Shown here in pieces: positions 1 to 7,980 of a stretch of DNA of 13,603 bases. Origin of the DNA: Gemmatimonadales bacterium (GTDB lineage: Bacteria > Gemmatimonadota > Gemmatimonadetes > Gemmatimonadales > GWC2-71-9); the NCBI GenBank assembly GCA_041577295.1, contig JBFGJG010000075.1:1-13603 (forward strand), read 5' to 3'. A model generated the notes under the pieces. The model was not told the origin of the DNA, ran no database searches, and saw nothing but the letters and a program-made list of their open reading frames with translations. Both the position numbers and the translations under genes were made by a program. Position 1 is the first letter of the stretch, and every line of letters starts with the position of its first letter.

Positions 1-912
1 CGTCACGATAGGCACTGTTCCGCACGCCAGTGCCTCAACCACCGCAAAACCACAGCTCTCGTGATGACTCCCCTGGACCAGGAAATCGGCTGCACGCAAC
101 AGATGCTCCACCTCGGCATGCGGCCGCGCACCCATCAGATGGACGCGACCCTCCAACCTGCCGTCCTGTCGAATGCGTCGTTCCACCGCTTCGCGAAGCG
201 GTGCTTCCTGATAAAAGCACCAGAGATGCATGTCGGGCAGGGCCGGCGCAGCGCGACTCAAACCCTCCAATACGGTGAGGGGATCTTTGTTGGCATCGAG
301 GCGCCCGAGCCACAACAGGCAAGGTTCCCCATGCAAACCCGTTCGTTCACGCGCTACCCGCTGATCACCTGGCGTAAAGCGCGTGGACGATTCGAGCACT
401 TCGAACACACGGGCGCCCGATGGAAGCACAGCACGGAAAGGCTCCGCAAGCTCTCGAGCGGTGAACGCCACTCCAGCCACACGCTGGAGCCCAGCCCGGA
501 ACCGCGGACGCTCCCAAAGGTGTGGGGGCCGGTCGGCGTGATCCTGCACGAGAAAATGGCGGCGTGGAAGCGCCGCGGTCAGAGAGCGGATGTGGGCGGG
601 GAGCGATAAACCATGGATGTGCACCACGTCCGGGTCGAGCGCCATCAGGCGCGAGAGCAGGCGACGCGGCTGCGGAACCCAGTATCCAAGACGTCGACGC
701 CACCGGCTAACAGTCGGCGAGCGAACAAACTCGAAGGTCACTCCATCCTGCTGGATGGTCTCATCGACAACGGATCCCTGTAGGACGGTGATCTCATGTC
801 CGGCCTCGGCCGTTGCCTGAGCCACACCAGCGAGCGATGGCCATGTTTGCAGCAGGTCGGCCGGGGTTCGTCGCAAGGGGTCGACGTACGTGCTCACTTG
901 CGCGACACGCAT
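1..912 (-). CDS. Glycosyltransferase family 4 (GT-B fold), 3' end truncated by the window edge
   Basis: Translated by hand; missing from the ORF track because there is no stop in the window. ATG at 912, then MRVAQVSTYVDPLRR...WPSLAGVAQATAEAGHEITVL...LDPDVVHIHGL...LVQDH...CLLWLGRLDANKDPLTVLEG...RVHLMG...LLRAADFLVQGSHHESCGFAVVEALACGTVPIVT, open for 304 codons to position 1. The GRL..K motif and the E-x7-E motif (ESCGFAVVE) followed by ALACG.P are GT4 hallmarks. Confidence 0.93.
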   Translation of the reverse strand, partial: MRVAQVSTYVDPLRRTPADLLQTWPSLAGVAQATAEAGHEITVLQGSVVDETIQQDGVTFEFVRSPTVSRWRRRLGYWVPQPRRLLSRLMALDPDVVHIHGLSLPAHIRSLTAALPRRHFLVQDHADRPPHLWERPRFRAGLQRVAGVAFTARELAEPFRAVLPSGARVFEVLESSTRFTPGDQRVARERTGLHGEPCLLWLGRLDANKDPLTVLEGLSRAAPALPDMHLWCFYQEAPLREAVERRIRQDGRLEGRVHLMGARPHAEVEHLLRAADFLVQGSHHESCGFAVVEALACGTVPIVT

Positions 913-1020
913 GAGGCTAGGCCCCCGAGCCTGTACTCACGACGAGCACCCATGTCTTCCCGAGAGGGCAATGATCTATCATCATGGAACCATGCGACGT
1001 CTATTCGTGTCCCGTTTGTC

Positions 1021-2307
1021 ATGACGGCAGGGCGGCATCACCCCGAATCGTTCAGTTCCGAGCTCGAGCCCGCGTGGCTAGCCTGGCAAGCGACGCTCGA
1101 CCCCCGTGCACTGTGGCCATCCGTCACACCGATCACCTTTGACGAGGTATCACGAGCGATTGTCGGTGTGACTCGTCAAACGTTGCTCCCCCACGCGGCC
1201 CCGACCGAGCTGACGCTGACGGAAGGCACGACGCGCGCCTTAGGCCCGGCCGCCTATGCCGCTGGTATGGGATCGTTGTTGGGATATTGGATAGCGGTCG
1301 GCCAGCTTGCTGTCGACGATCAGGTGCGTTTGATCCTGGCAACCCATCTGGACCACGGGCGCCGTCGTTTCGCGAAACTCGATGCGGTGCTGAGCTCAAC
1401 GATTGATGCTTTCGCAACGCACCGAATCTCCCCGACGATCCTAAAGGGCATGCACACGGCGCGATCCTACTTTCCCGACCCCGGAGCCCGTCCATTGGCG
1501 GACATCGACCTCCTCGTCAACCCGAAGGAGCTACCCGCGACTTCTGCGGTGCTGAGCACGCTCGGTTTCACCGAACGACGTCGAACAGCTACACCATTTC
1601 GCTCGGAGTGGGTTGCGAACGACCTCGTGGCGGAGCCATCGCTCGAACTGAATCACGTCGACAACCCGTGGAGTATCGATCTGCATACGACGCTCGAACG
1701 GCGCTACTTCCGTGGTTGCACGGCGGGGTTTGATCATCGCGAGATCGTGACCCAGGACCTGACGCACCCTGGCGGCGTAACGCTTCGAACCCTCGCTCAG
1801 CCTCTGCTCACGGCCTTTCTTGCTATGCACGGCTCGTACGCCCTTCATCAGTTACAGCTGATCCGGATCGTCGAGCTCGTCATGGTCATGCGGCAGGATA
1901 GTGCCAACGGAACGCTGGACTGGGTGGCGCTTGCGGAGCTCTTGCACCGCACAGGAACCAGTCGCTTCGTCTATCCCGCCATCACCCTGGCGGAGGGACT
2001 CGTGCCGGGGACGGTGGACCCGGATCTCCTCGACGCTATTGTCGAACAGACGCCCCCTCGTACGCGGAGTATCGTCGAGAAGGTGCTCGGGCACGGAACA
2101 TTTCGTTTAGCAAGCCGCTCACTCGAGGACAAGCTGATGTGGGCCCGCGGCCCCGTGGACCTCGCCTGTAACCTCAGCGAGCTGCTATGGCCGTCGGACC
2201 AACGGTTGTCGCCGCGGCAGCGGCTCAAGGCACAAGGGCGATTCGTGAAGAACCTCATAACGCGCCGCACCCGAGACGCCATCAGGAAAGAGGCTCAGCA
2301 GGACTGA
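1021..2307 (+). CDS. Nucleotidyltransferase family protein (NTP_transf_5-like, Pol-beta superfamily)
   Basis: Motifs ILKG...YFPDPGARPLADIDLLV, IDLH and LAMHG within ORF 796..2307. The start is moved to ATG 1021 (ATG 952 is an alternative) because the 796 start overlaps the divergent GT4 gene. Confidence 0.85.
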   Translation: MTAGRHHPESFSSELEPAWLAWQATLDPRALWPSVTPITFDEVSRAIVGVTRQTLLPHAAPTELTLTEGTTRALGPAAYAAGMGSLLGYWIAVGQLAVDDQVRLILATHLDHGRRRFAKLDAVLSSTIDAFATHRISPTILKGMHTARSYFPDPGARPLADIDLLVNPKELPATSAVLSTLGFTERRRTATPFRSEWVANDLVAEPSLELNHVDNPWSIDLHTTLERRYFRGCTAGFDHREIVTQDLTHPGGVTLRTLAQPLLTAFLAMHGSYALHQLQLIRIVELVMVMRQDSANGTLDWVALAELLHRTGTSRFVYPAITLAEGLVPGTVDPDLLDAIVEQTPPRTRSIVEKVLGHGTFRLASRSLEDKLMWARGPVDLACNLSELLWPSDQRLSPRQRLKAQGRFVKNLITRRTRDAIRKEAQQD

Positions 2308-3754
2308 CCAGGTTGGCCACGAGTTTCTCGACGGGAAACCCATAACGGTCGCGGCCGCACCGCCAGCGGGCCAATCGCTGGAAAGGCTTCTGCCAAACGG
2401 CTGCCCTGTTCCATGCGAGACGTTCGTAGAACTTGAAGCGCTCGAGCAATCGGTACTTCGCCGCGGACACCCACGGGCCTGCCGACCCGATGAAATCAAA
2501 CCGCGACCATTCGTCCAGTGAGCAGGGCAGCGTATAACCCTGCTGCACGGCTTCATTGGTGATCCCCGACCCGGGATAGGGTTTGAAGTAGAAAACTGGT
2601 GTTTGAAATTCAGAGCTGAGAGACCGCAGCTCTTTGACGAGGTTGAGCGTCGCCCAGACGCTCTCGTCGGTCTCGTTGGGGAATCCCACGATAAACGGAA
2701 AGATCGCGGCAACCCCGTGACGCCGACAGCGTTCGGCCGTGAAGCGAACTTGATCCAGTTTGATGTCCTTCTTGATCCGATCGAGCATGGCCTGAGAACC
2801 CGACTCCACCCCAACCAGCACCCGCCTCAGTCCGGATGCCCGGCACTTGGCAAAGGTATCCTCGGACAGCCGGGCACACTGATCCGCACGCATGGTCGCT
2901 GCCCACGTGATGGGTAGCTTGCGCTGCAAAAACTCCTCGGCTATTGCGTCGACCCGCTTCTGGTATGTGAAGAATGTTTCGTCTTGAAAGGAGAGATCGT
3001 CGAAGCGGTACCGCTGCCAGAGATCTTCCACCTCGTCACCAATCCGCGTGGGCTCCAACCCGACCCATTGACGATTGTAGACGAACGGATCGGCGCAGAA
3101 CGTACACCGGAACCGGCACCCCTGCGACGCAATGTAGTCGAGCTGCCGTTTCTTCTTGAGCGCAAAGTATGACTCGACGTCGATCAGATCGTACCGATGC
3201 CGCCGGAGGTTGTTCACGTCCTCGAGCGGACGCGCTTCGTTTGTCACGATCTCACCGTTTGCCGCGCGTACCACACATCCCGGACAGTTGTCGAGCGATT
3301 CGCCGATTGCCAGGCGGGTGATGATCTCTGCAAACGTCACTTCGCCCTGGCCCTGAACCGTGATATCGACCGCCGCATCGTCCTCGAGACACTCGCGTCC
3401 GAACATCGAGGGGTGCCAGCCCCCCCAAACCACTGGCAGGTCGCGCCGCTTTTGCTTGGCGGCGCGAGAAACCTCCAACGCATCGCGAATAGGCGCGCCG
3501 GTGAGAACCGTGACGCCGAGACAGACGGCTTCTTCCAGATGTGACAGGACGGCCGCTCTCGGATCCCGCTCGAGCCGGCCATCCACAATGACCACATCGT
3601 ACTGATCTGGGTTGAGATGGGAACCGACGGCTAGGAGCGCCAGCGGCATCGTGTAAAAAACCGCGTCGGGATTGTAGAGGACTACCTTCGGTCGTCCGCT
3701 ACCGTCCCGTCCGGGACGCTTGCTAGGTCTAGGCTGCGTGACCGTGGTCGCCAT
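2282..3754 (-). CDS. B12-binding domain radical SAM protein (class B type), paralog A1
   Basis: N-terminal cobalamin-binding Rossmann-type region (VVLYNP...PLALL...VVWGGWHPS...VQGQGE), CxxxCxxC motif SQGCRFRCTFC, FQDETF, MRAD, GVESGS. Start placed at ATG 3754 (MATTVTQP); the longer ORF to 4078 overlaps the upstream radical SAM gene. Confidence 0.93.
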   Translation of the reverse strand: MATTVTQPRPSKRPGRDGSGRPKVVLYNPDAVFYTMPLALLAVGSHLNPDQYDVVIVDGRLERDPRAAVLSHLEEAVCLGVTVLTGAPIRDALEVSRAAKQKRRDLPVVWGGWHPSMFGRECLEDDAAVDITVQGQGEVTFAEIITRLAIGESLDNCPGCVVRAANGEIVTNEARPLEDVNNLRRHRYDLIDVESYFALKKKRQLDYIASQGCRFRCTFCADPFVYNRQWVGLEPTRIGDEVEDLWQRYRFDDLSFQDETFFTYQKRVDAIAEEFLQRKLPITWAATMRADQCARLSEDTFAKCRASGLRRVLVGVESGSQAMLDRIKKDIKLDQVRFTAERCRRHGVAAIFPFIVGFPNETDESVWATLNLVKELRSLSSEFQTPVFYFKPYPGSGITNEAVQQGYTLPCSLDEWSRFDFIGSAGPWVSAAKYRLLERFKFYERLAWNRAAVWQKPFQRLARWRCGRDRYGFPVEKLVANLVSPAEPLS

Positions 3755-4838
3755 ACCGCTGAACTCCGGAATGACCCTGCCTGAGAGCAAGCGTGCAAAC
3801 ACACCGCCGGCAGATCTCGTTCCTGGAGACATCGAGACTTTGACGCCACCCAACTGCCGTATCGGAGTTGAGCACCTTAGCGATCGAACCGGCTTCGCGA
3901 ACATTTCCCAATGGAGCGTGAAAGAAGCACGGCCGGACGGTACCATCTGTTTCGACGACGGTCGAAACCCAGGGCGCATTGCAATAATTCGGGGCGAAGT
4001 CTGACGAACCGACGAGCGCCTCAAAGTACTGCAAGAGCCGGCGCCTGAGCTTGGCAGGGCTCTCGACGATGAACCCATCGTGGAAGTCGCGGGTGTGCTC
4101 CTGCTCGAGAGCCTCGAGCTCAGCGCGTAACTCGGGAATCTCGTCCCTGTTCAGGGCGACGGTGGCGGCCCGGTCCGGCGGCCAACCGTCCGGACGATTG
4201 AACGCCTCAGTGCTGACATCTGCCGCCAAAAAACTGATCGCGTCGAGCCCGATATCCCTTGCGGCCGATACCGTGTCGCGTAGTGTTCGGAAGTTGAGAC
4301 GCTGTACCGTGCAGCGGCCGGTGAGCCGTACCGAGCGATCGGCGCCCCTGACTGCTGCGACACCATCTGAGAGCCGCTGGAACGCGCCCGGCACGTTGCG
4401 AATGCGGTCGTGCACGGATTCGGGTCCGTCCAAACTCACCACGACATCATCGCAGTACTGGACCAGCGAACTTGCCGACCGCTTGAGGAGGAGGCCAGTC
4501 GTAATCGTGGTGATGCCGAGCCCCGCGGAGCGCAGCTCTCCGCAAAGATCCCATAAGTGCGAATGCATGAGCGGTTCGCCACCGCTCAGGATCACTCGGG
4601 CCACGCCGAGTGCCTTCCACTCGGGCAACCAGCCGGCGACCTCTGCGGCGGTGATCTCTTGACGGCGCGTATCCTGCCAGATGTCGCACATGACACAGCG
4701 ACAATTGCACCGGCTGTGCACATGTAGAATGATGATGGGAAGCTCGGTGATCGGGTCCCTTCTGGGCAGCACGGGAGCCTGCCCATCCTCGGTCAGGTGA
4801 TCCCGATGTGCCGTTGGACGGGGCGTCAACTCAGTCAT
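3729..4838 (-). CDS. Radical SAM protein with C-terminal Twitch/SPASM-like domain (MoaA/PqqE/SkfB-like group)
   Basis: RCNCRCVMC, LSGGEP, TTG, VSLDG..HD.IR, and C-terminal CNAPW...ETDGTVRPC (Cx12Gx4C) followed by CRRCVC. Confidence 0.92.
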   Translation of the reverse strand: MTELTPRPTAHRDHLTEDGQAPVLPRRDPITELPIIILHVHSRCNCRCVMCDIWQDTRRQEITAAEVAGWLPEWKALGVARVILSGGEPLMHSHLWDLCGELRSAGLGITTITTGLLLKRSASSLVQYCDDVVVSLDGPESVHDRIRNVPGAFQRLSDGVAAVRGADRSVRLTGRCTVQRLNFRTLRDTVSAARDIGLDAISFLAADVSTEAFNRPDGWPPDRAATVALNRDEIPELRAELEALEQEHTRDFHDGFIVESPAKLRRRLLQYFEALVGSSDFAPNYCNAPWVSTVVETDGTVRPCFFHAPLGNVREAGSIAKVLNSDTAVGWRQSLDVSRNEICRRCVCTLALRQGHSGVQRYGDHGHAA

Positions 4839-5003
4839 CGGTGGATGCCGGGAGCTGATTCATGCAGACTATCTTAAGGAAGTGTCAGTCTCGCCACCAG
4901 CGAAGATCGTACCGCGGAGGCGACAGTTAGCTCGTACACGAAGTTTCCGCATTGGCTGTGGTTTCTGCGCCGCCCTCTGATCAAGCGACGACTCAAGCGC
5001 ACC

Positions 5004-5642
5004 GTGCTCGAACGGGTGGATGACGTTTCATTAGTCGTGCTTCCGGATGTGTTGAACCCGGTCGTGTTTCGCACCGGCGAGCTCCTCGCCCGGGCCATTG
5101 CGGACTCTCACTATGCGCAACCACCAACACCCCCGGAAGGATCCCCACCGCCCTCAGCGTTGGATATGGGCACGGGGTCGGGAATTGGCGCCATTTTCTT
5201 GGCCAAGCGTGGATATCGGGTGATCGGGGTCGACATCAATCCGGAGGCGGTCCGTTGTGCCCGCCTCAACGTGCTGCTGAATCGGGTGGAATCGTCCGTC
5301 GAGATTCGCGAAGGCGATCTGTTCGGCGCCGTGAGTGGTGAACAGTTCCACCTCGTGACCTTCAATCCGCCATATTGCCGCGGGACTCCGGAACGGACCT
5401 ATGGGAGACACTGGTGGAGCACCGATGTCATGGAGCGCTTTGCAACTGGCTTGCCCGAGGTGCTGGCACCGGGCGGCCGTGCATTAGTGCTGCTCTCTAC
5501 CAAGGGCGATGAGGATGGCATGTTGGGTGCGCTCGCGGCGCAGCGTCTCGACGTGGAACCTGTCACTCGTACTGATCTCGGAAATGAGGTCATCACCGTG
5601 TACGGCGTGGTGGCGGTGAGCTCCGGATCTCGCGACGCATGA
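5004..5642 (+). CDS. HemK/PrmC-like class I SAM-dependent methyltransferase (NPPY type); true start possibly near 4926
   Basis: Motif I LDMGTGSG, VIGVDINPEAV, GDLF and NPPY. The stop overlaps the next start (ATGA 5639-5642). The reading frame stays open upstream to 4878. Confidence 0.9.
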   Translation: MLERVDDVSLVVLPDVLNPVVFRTGELLARAIADSHYAQPPTPPEGSPPPSALDMGTGSGIGAIFLAKRGYRVIGVDINPEAVRCARLNVLLNRVESSVEIREGDLFGAVSGEQFHLVTFNPPYCRGTPERTYGRHWWSTDVMERFATGLPEVLAPGGRALVLLSTKGDEDGMLGALAAQRLDVEPVTRTDLGNEVITVYGVVAVSSGSRDA

Positions 5643-7195
5643 GCCAGCACAGGCACGTGATCCTCGTGAATCCGCGCATGTGCTCCCCTCGGAGTGCTCG
5701 GCTTCCCCTCTCACTGCTGTCGTTGGCGGCGGTCCTCGATGGCCGATACCGCTATACGATCGTGGATGGCAATCTGAGCACGCGCTTCGTCGACACCGTT
5801 CTCCGAACCGTTCAGACGGAGAAAAAAACGGCACTGGCGGTCACCGTCATGCCCGGCCCACAGGTAGCGCCGGCCATCGAGATCTCACGGGCCGTGCGCA
5901 AACGCGATCCCTCCGTACCCATCATCTGGGGCGGCTACTTTCCGACGCTCTATCCGGAGGCCGCTATCAACGCGCCCTATGTCGACTTTGTCGTACGCGG
6001 GCAGGGCGAGGAGACGTTGCTCGAGATTCTCGATCGCCTGCAGAGCACCGAAGTGGCCGCGAATCCGTCGAGTGATTCGGTTGCGGACCCAACCACGGTC
6101 GCAGGGATCTCAGGCATGACGTGGAAGCGAGACCAAAAACCGGTGCACGAGGTCGAGCGAGCGTTTCGCCCACCCGACACGTTCCCTCCCCTGCCGTATG
6201 AGGCGGTCCCGAACGTCGAGCGCTACTTCCAACCGAGCTTCCTGGGACGGCGCACCGCCGTGCATCAAGCCGCCATCGGTTGCCGGTACCGGTGCTCGTT
6301 CTGCGGTGTCGTGTCGATGTTCAACGGAAAGACGATCCTGCAAGGCGTAGAGCGCTTGGCATCGGTCATGACGACGTTGCGTGACCGATATGGAGCGGAC
6401 GCCATGCAGTTCTACGATCACAACTTCTTTGATCGAGAGGAGACGAGCGTTCCCATTCTCGAAGTCCTTGCTCGCTTCGGATTACCCTGGTGGTGTTATG
6501 CACGAGCGGACACCCTGGCTAACTTCTCTTCGGCAACCTGGGAGTTGATCAGGCAGAGCCGGCTCCGAATGGCATACATCGGAGCAGAAGCCGGCACCGA
6601 CGAAGCGTTGCGGCGGATGCACAAGGGATCGCGTGTCGAGCACACGTTCGAGGTCGCACGGCGATGCCGCGCGTACGGGGTGACACCTGAGTTTTCCTTC
6701 GTGCTCGGCGGTCCGGAGGATCCGGAAGGAGAAATCGAGAAAACGTTCTCCTTTATCCGCACACTCAAGAAGATCCACCCAGAATGCGAAGTGATTCTCT
6801 ACTTCTACAGCCCCACACCGCAACGCGACCCGGCGTGGATTCGGCGCGAGCAACAGCGGGCCGATCTCCCCCGGCTCGACCGCTACGGCCCGGATGGCCC
6901 ATCACTCCCCACCACACCCGAAGAGTGGACCGAGCCCCGGTGGATCGATTTCGTGTCCCATCAGGACGCGCCGTGGCTCACACCAAAGATCCGCAGACGG
7001 GTCAAGGACTTTGCGAAGGTTCTGTATTGCCGGTTCCCCACCGTGCAGGACTACTCGACCCCGCAATGGGCCAAGCGCATCCTCGGCAATCTCGCCGCTT
7101 GGCGTTACGCCACAGGACGGTACGACAACCCATGGGAGCTGGATCTCGCCAAGCGAGTCATCAGAATCCGCGAGCCCCAGCGGGTCAGCATTTAG
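5639..7195 (+). CDS. B12-binding domain radical SAM protein, paralog A2
   Basis: VILVNP...LPLSLL, IIWGGYFPT, VVRGQGEET, GCRYRCSFC, YARAD, IGAEAG. ATGA overlap with the upstream methyltransferase suggests translational coupling. Confidence 0.93.
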   Translation: MSQHRHVILVNPRMCSPRSARLPLSLLSLAAVLDGRYRYTIVDGNLSTRFVDTVLRTVQTEKKTALAVTVMPGPQVAPAIEISRAVRKRDPSVPIIWGGYFPTLYPEAAINAPYVDFVVRGQGEETLLEILDRLQSTEVAANPSSDSVADPTTVAGISGMTWKRDQKPVHEVERAFRPPDTFPPLPYEAVPNVERYFQPSFLGRRTAVHQAAIGCRYRCSFCGVVSMFNGKTILQGVERLASVMTTLRDRYGADAMQFYDHNFFDREETSVPILEVLARFGLPWWCYARADTLANFSSATWELIRQSRLRMAYIGAEAGTDEALRRMHKGSRVEHTFEVARRCRAYGVTPEFSFVLGGPEDPEGEIEKTFSFIRTLKKIHPECEVILYFYSPTPQRDPAWIRREQQRADLPRLDRYGPDGPSLPTTPEEWTEPRWIDFVSHQDAPWLTPKIRRRVKDFAKVLYCRFPTVQDYSTPQWAKRILGNLAAWRYATGRYDNPWELDLAKRVIRIREPQRVSI

Positions 7196-7980
7196 CGCCG
7201 CTCGAGCTCGGCGACGTAGTGATCCCCAAACCACGGAACTAGTGGTAACGCCTCGATCCGCCGTTCGATACCGGCCAGGTATCGAATGAGCTTCGGATGC
7301 CTCTGCGCCCATGGCTCGGCATAGGTCGGCGGCAGGAGGGCCCCGAGCGCTGTTACGCACGCCATCCGGAACCCCGGCGCAAAAGCGCGCCCAAGTGTCC
7401 TGATGCTCGGATACCTTACAGTGATTCCCCGCCAAGTCACTCCTGCGCGGCGAAAGCGGCGAAACGCTGTCCGTGGTTTGCCATGCAAGAGGAACCACAG
7501 CCACTCCCACGGGACCACGGGACCCATCACGCACAGCACGGCGCAACCGCCGGTACGGACCTGCTGAGCCAAACCTGCCCCAATGGCGGGCAGATCCCGA
7601 ACGCAGTTCAACCCGCCGAAGTTCGAGAGCAGTCCATCAAACGCTTCGCGGCTCTCGAGAGCACCCCGGGCGACGTCCTCGATCGATGCGTGGCGCACCT
7701 CGACGTGAGCAGCCGCGCCGGCCTCCTCGACGTTCCGACGTGCAACATCGACCATGGCAGAGGATTGATCGGTGGCGACCACACGCACGCCACGCTGGGC
7801 CAGCCAAATCGCATCTCGCCCGATCCCGCAGTTGATCTCGAGGACCCGGTCTCCGGCGCCAAAACGTGGCTCCAGGCGTCGCCACACTGCTCGGCGAAGA
7901 AGCCCGCCGATGAGGCTCGTGTCGAACTCTTCTTCGTACTGGGTGGCGAGAGGGTCAAACGGAGACGAGGCGTCCTTCAA
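7192..7980 (-). CDS. Class I SAM-dependent methyltransferase
   Basis: FD..A..Y N-terminus, motif I VLEINCGIGRDA, VVATDQSSAMV, FDGLLSNFGGLNCV. The TTG start overlaps the TGA of the upstream B12-rSAM (TTGA 7977-7980). Confidence 0.9.
   Translation of the reverse strand: MKDASSPFDPLATQYEEEFDTSLIGGLLRRAVWRRLEPRFGAGDRVLEINCGIGRDAIWLAQRGVRVVATDQSSAMVDVARRNVEEAGAAAHVEVRHASIEDVARGALESREAFDGLLSNFGGLNCVRDLPAIGAGLAQQVRTGGCAVLCVMGPVVPWEWLWFLLHGKPRTAFRRFRRAGVTWRGITVRYPSIRTLGRAFAPGFRMACVTALGALLPPTYAEPWAQRHPKLIRYLAGIERRIEALPLVPWFGDHYVAELERR

Noticed and set aside
30..820. ORF-track calls 30..278, 35..322, 61..609, 365..703, 522..710 and 590..820
   Set aside because: They are shadow frames over the real minus-strand GT4 gene and carry no recognisable motifs.
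3755..4078. N-terminal extension of A1 (similarly 796-1020 of the NTase and 11905-12210 of YjbH)
   Set aside because: These extensions overlap neighbouring well-supported genes and lie before the first domain motif or signal peptide. They are longest-ORF artefacts of GC-rich DNA.
5004..5642. Housekeeping prmC, or a DNA adenine methyltransferase of a restriction-modification system
   Set aside because: It lacks the PrmC N-terminal domain and prfA context, has no target-recognition domain or nuclease neighbour, and is coupled to a radical SAM gene.
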